Assembly (NCBI RefSeq): GCF_018977255.1
Contig: NW_024704742.1
Span: 52,888,001-52,952,000, forward strand
DNA: 64,000 nucleotides
Direction of reading: 5' to 3'
Source: Callorhinchus milii
Lineage: Eukaryota
This document shows, one piece after another, positions 61,398-64,000 of this stretch. Made by a program: the position numbers and the translations under genes. The number at the start of each line of letters is the position of its first letter. Position 1 is the stretch's first letter. Under the pieces are notes generated by a model, which was not told where the DNA came from, ran no database searches, and was given only the letters and a program-made list of their open reading frames with translations.

Positions 61398-62560
61398 TTT
61401 TTTTTTGGTCAGTTGGGTGTCTGACACATGCAGAAACCCATCTCCATGCTTAAGAGTATCCAAACCAAACTGAGAGTTCCACATAAGTATGCCACCCACA
61501 CATATTTTTCCCTGTGTCTGGAATGGAATGTACACCCTCTCTTTGCTTACATAATTCCAGAGAGTATTTAGTGCAGGTAAGCTACAGTTGTGCATTAGAG
61601 CTTTGCTGGAGTTTACTACCTAAAACCAATTAGCGTGCCACTGAGAACAATATCAATGCCTGCTGCTTAATTCAGACATGTTTCCTGCTGCTTATCCAGC
61701 TAGGACCACCCTATCAATTAAGGTTTTGCATTGCAGGGTTAGCAGGAACTCAGTGGGAAGAGTCCTTGCTGCCCCTCCAAGTCCTTCTGATGAGACAGGC
61801 TGACTTGTCTCTCATGAGAAGTACCCTGGAGTACCGTGCACTCACCTGACTCAGCAACTGGACTGCTGGGACTACAGAGGGTTGACTTGATTTCAACATT
61901 CCATTGCCAAGCAATTCACCTTGGAACCAGTTCAGCTCCAAGGAGACCCTGCTCACCTCCCCGTAAGGGGGTTAGTCACTAACTGCTCACTTGACATCTG
62001 ACAAAGACAGGTTTGAGCACCGCTAGGTGGATAGCAGGTATCAAGAACTCTGTGTGAACAGCATTGGTTCCAATAGTTAGAGACGTGAGCAGTGGCTGAT
62101 TACCTCTCTGCATATCAAGTTGGATATCGAACCCTGGATATATGAATGTGTGCTCACAAGCCTGGACTCCAGTTAATGCCTTCCAGCAACTGCTGTTCTG
62201 AGCTTCAAAGTTTCCTCATCTGCTATTTGGACCTCTGCTTCAGTGTGGTGGGTGGACCTATACAGACAGCTTGTGCCCTAACAGCCACCTTGATGTTCTG
62301 GAGGTCCAAGGCCAATGCCACGTTCCAGGCTAACTTAATACCAGTTGCTTAATTCAGGTTTTCATGTGAGGGGTCTTAGCAAATAGGCGTGCCTGCATCT
62401 TCAGAGTGCTCGGCAACAGGTCAGTGTAGGCTGGAGCCCTTTCCTCCCTCAGTCACTTCCCTTTTTACCACATATCCACCTTACTGCTTGTTCTGGACTC
62501 CACAAATGGGCCAAAGGAAACTCCTCGCTGCCTGCCCAAGACCTCAGAAACATGAAGAAC
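61398..62560 (-). mobile_element. Unclassified poly(A)-tailed retroposon, longest copy (possible Hero/NeSL-type ORF end plus long 3' UTR)
   Basis: T9 followed by ggtcagttgggtgtctgacacatgcagaaacccat. 61398-62000 is homologous to the other copies; the extension to 62560 is inferred from a weak peptide match. Confidence 0.6.
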
Positions 62561-62820
62561 TGGAAACATTGAGTTAAATGTTTTGATTGATTGAATCATG
62601 TCACCTGTTGTGCTCTTGAATGTTGGATGCTTCTCTTTATTGGATTATTGATCCCTGTGTCGAGCTCTCAGAAGATTACCTTTCTTTTAGCTGATTACTG
62701 ATGCACTTTACTTATGTCTTGACAGTCTCAAATGTGTTTTGTACTAAGAGCAGTCACCAAGAATGGCAAATTTTAAGCCAATGGTTTTGCAGTCTATAAA
62801 TACATTTGGTATGTGATGTG

Positions 62821-63136
62821 ATAATTAATCCTTGCATTTGATATAGCGCTTTTCACGTCGGGAGGACGTCCCAAAGCGCTTCACAGAACATAGAACAAGT
62901 GAATTGACTGTATATTTGTGGGCGAACGTGGCAGCCAATTGCGCACAGCAATGTCCCACAAACAGTCGTAGATTGAAAATGACCAATTTAATTATTGTTT
63001 TTGGTTATTGGAGGGATTATTATTAGGCTCTGTGTGGAGTAAGGAAACTTGCCCAAGGTTTCGCCCTGCCTGGAATTGAACTCAGGTCTCTCACTTGCAA
63101 AGCGAGTGCTCTAACCACTGAGCTACAGGACTCCAC
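62821..63136 (-). mobile_element. Young tRNA-derived SINE, short subfamily, full length
   Basis: Reverse complement of the 6775 and 29846 copies. Confidence 0.95.
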
Positions 63137-64000
63137 TGCACTTAAAACATACTGAGAAAGATCAAGATTCCATGAAATAGCAGTAAAACACCATTCTTCA
63201 CCGAAAACACTAAAAGTGGCAATAATAGTAATGGCGGGCACAAAATTAGCAGCTTCAGGACCAGTCATTATGTCAAAGTCGATTGGGGGGGGTCATCCCC
63301 AAAACAAATTAAGATATATTGCGCAACACCTAAGAAAATCTTACAATGATTATCAACCGAAATTTTAATGTTTCGGAACATTGTTTTTTTGACTCCATCC
63401 ATTGATTTGGTAGGTATGCAAAATACTGTGGTGCAGAAATAAATTTTCTGTCACAAAATAAATATTCGGATCTATAATATATCTATTTTGCATTGCGGTG
63501 TTGTAATTAATTAGTCAAATACATCAGTACTTCTCAATACCGCTGCCTCCTCCAGATAAAATTGATCATTGACATCTCGGCTGTTTGTAGGACATTGCTG
63601 TGCACAAATTGACTGCTGTGTCTAACTACAAAATACGCATGCACTCCACTTTACATTAAATCCTCTGTAGCACTTTGAGACATCTTCCTGACTTGAAAGG
63701 CCCTATAACAAATGCAAGGATTATTGTTTTAATATGACAACTGAGATGTCCAAATATTTGCATGAAAAATGGCTGGGAGACAAGTGGAAGCTGTTGTAAA
63801 AATAAAGAAAATTCAGAAGAGAATAAAAGGCATAAAGCAGCTACCCTATATAACTGTCAAACAGGGAGGCAAATATGGCTGGTCTCAAAGGCTTATTTAT
63901 TGCCTAGTTACCTGAAAAGTGACATACTCAGGAAAGCAATTCAAAAATATGATTTAGACTACTGCAACAACACAACAACAAAATTACATTTGTGAAACGG

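Noticed and set aside
1..64000. CRISPR-like recurrence of aaatgcaaggattattatt
   Set aside because: These are dispersed SINE tails on both strands with irregular kb-scale spacing; there is no repeat-spacer periodicity and no cas genes.

Overview
Eukaryotic, vertebrate, non-coding DNA dominated by transposable-element debris. The repeat complement points to a cartilaginous fish, most likely a holocephalan such as Callorhinchus; this is inferred from recalled consensus sequences, not a database search. It comprises L2 LINEs with (TTG)n tails, tRNA-derived SINEs with (ATT)n tails, Deu-domain and AmnSINE2-like SINEs, CR1 tails and Penelope ends. I recognise no intact host gene, true RNA gene, CRISPR array or prokaryotic system. 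Every ORF in the track with a recognisable protein motif is a broken L2/CR1 fragment. Main items: (1) one 5'-truncated, decayed L2 ORF2 (APE+RT, 24906-27775, minus); (2) about 15 shorter L2 pieces of two subfamilies; (3) at least two SINE families, with an apparent tail-swap series; (4) an unclassified poly(A)-tailed repeat in 7 copies, possibly a Hero/NeSL-type retrotransposon 3' end; (5) hAT and fold-back MITEs; (6) fossil Harbinger, Tx1 and CR1/Jockey-group fragments; (7) several palindromes and local duplications; (8) a few unverified candidate exons and candidate conserved non-coding elements. Boundaries of degraded elements are approximate.
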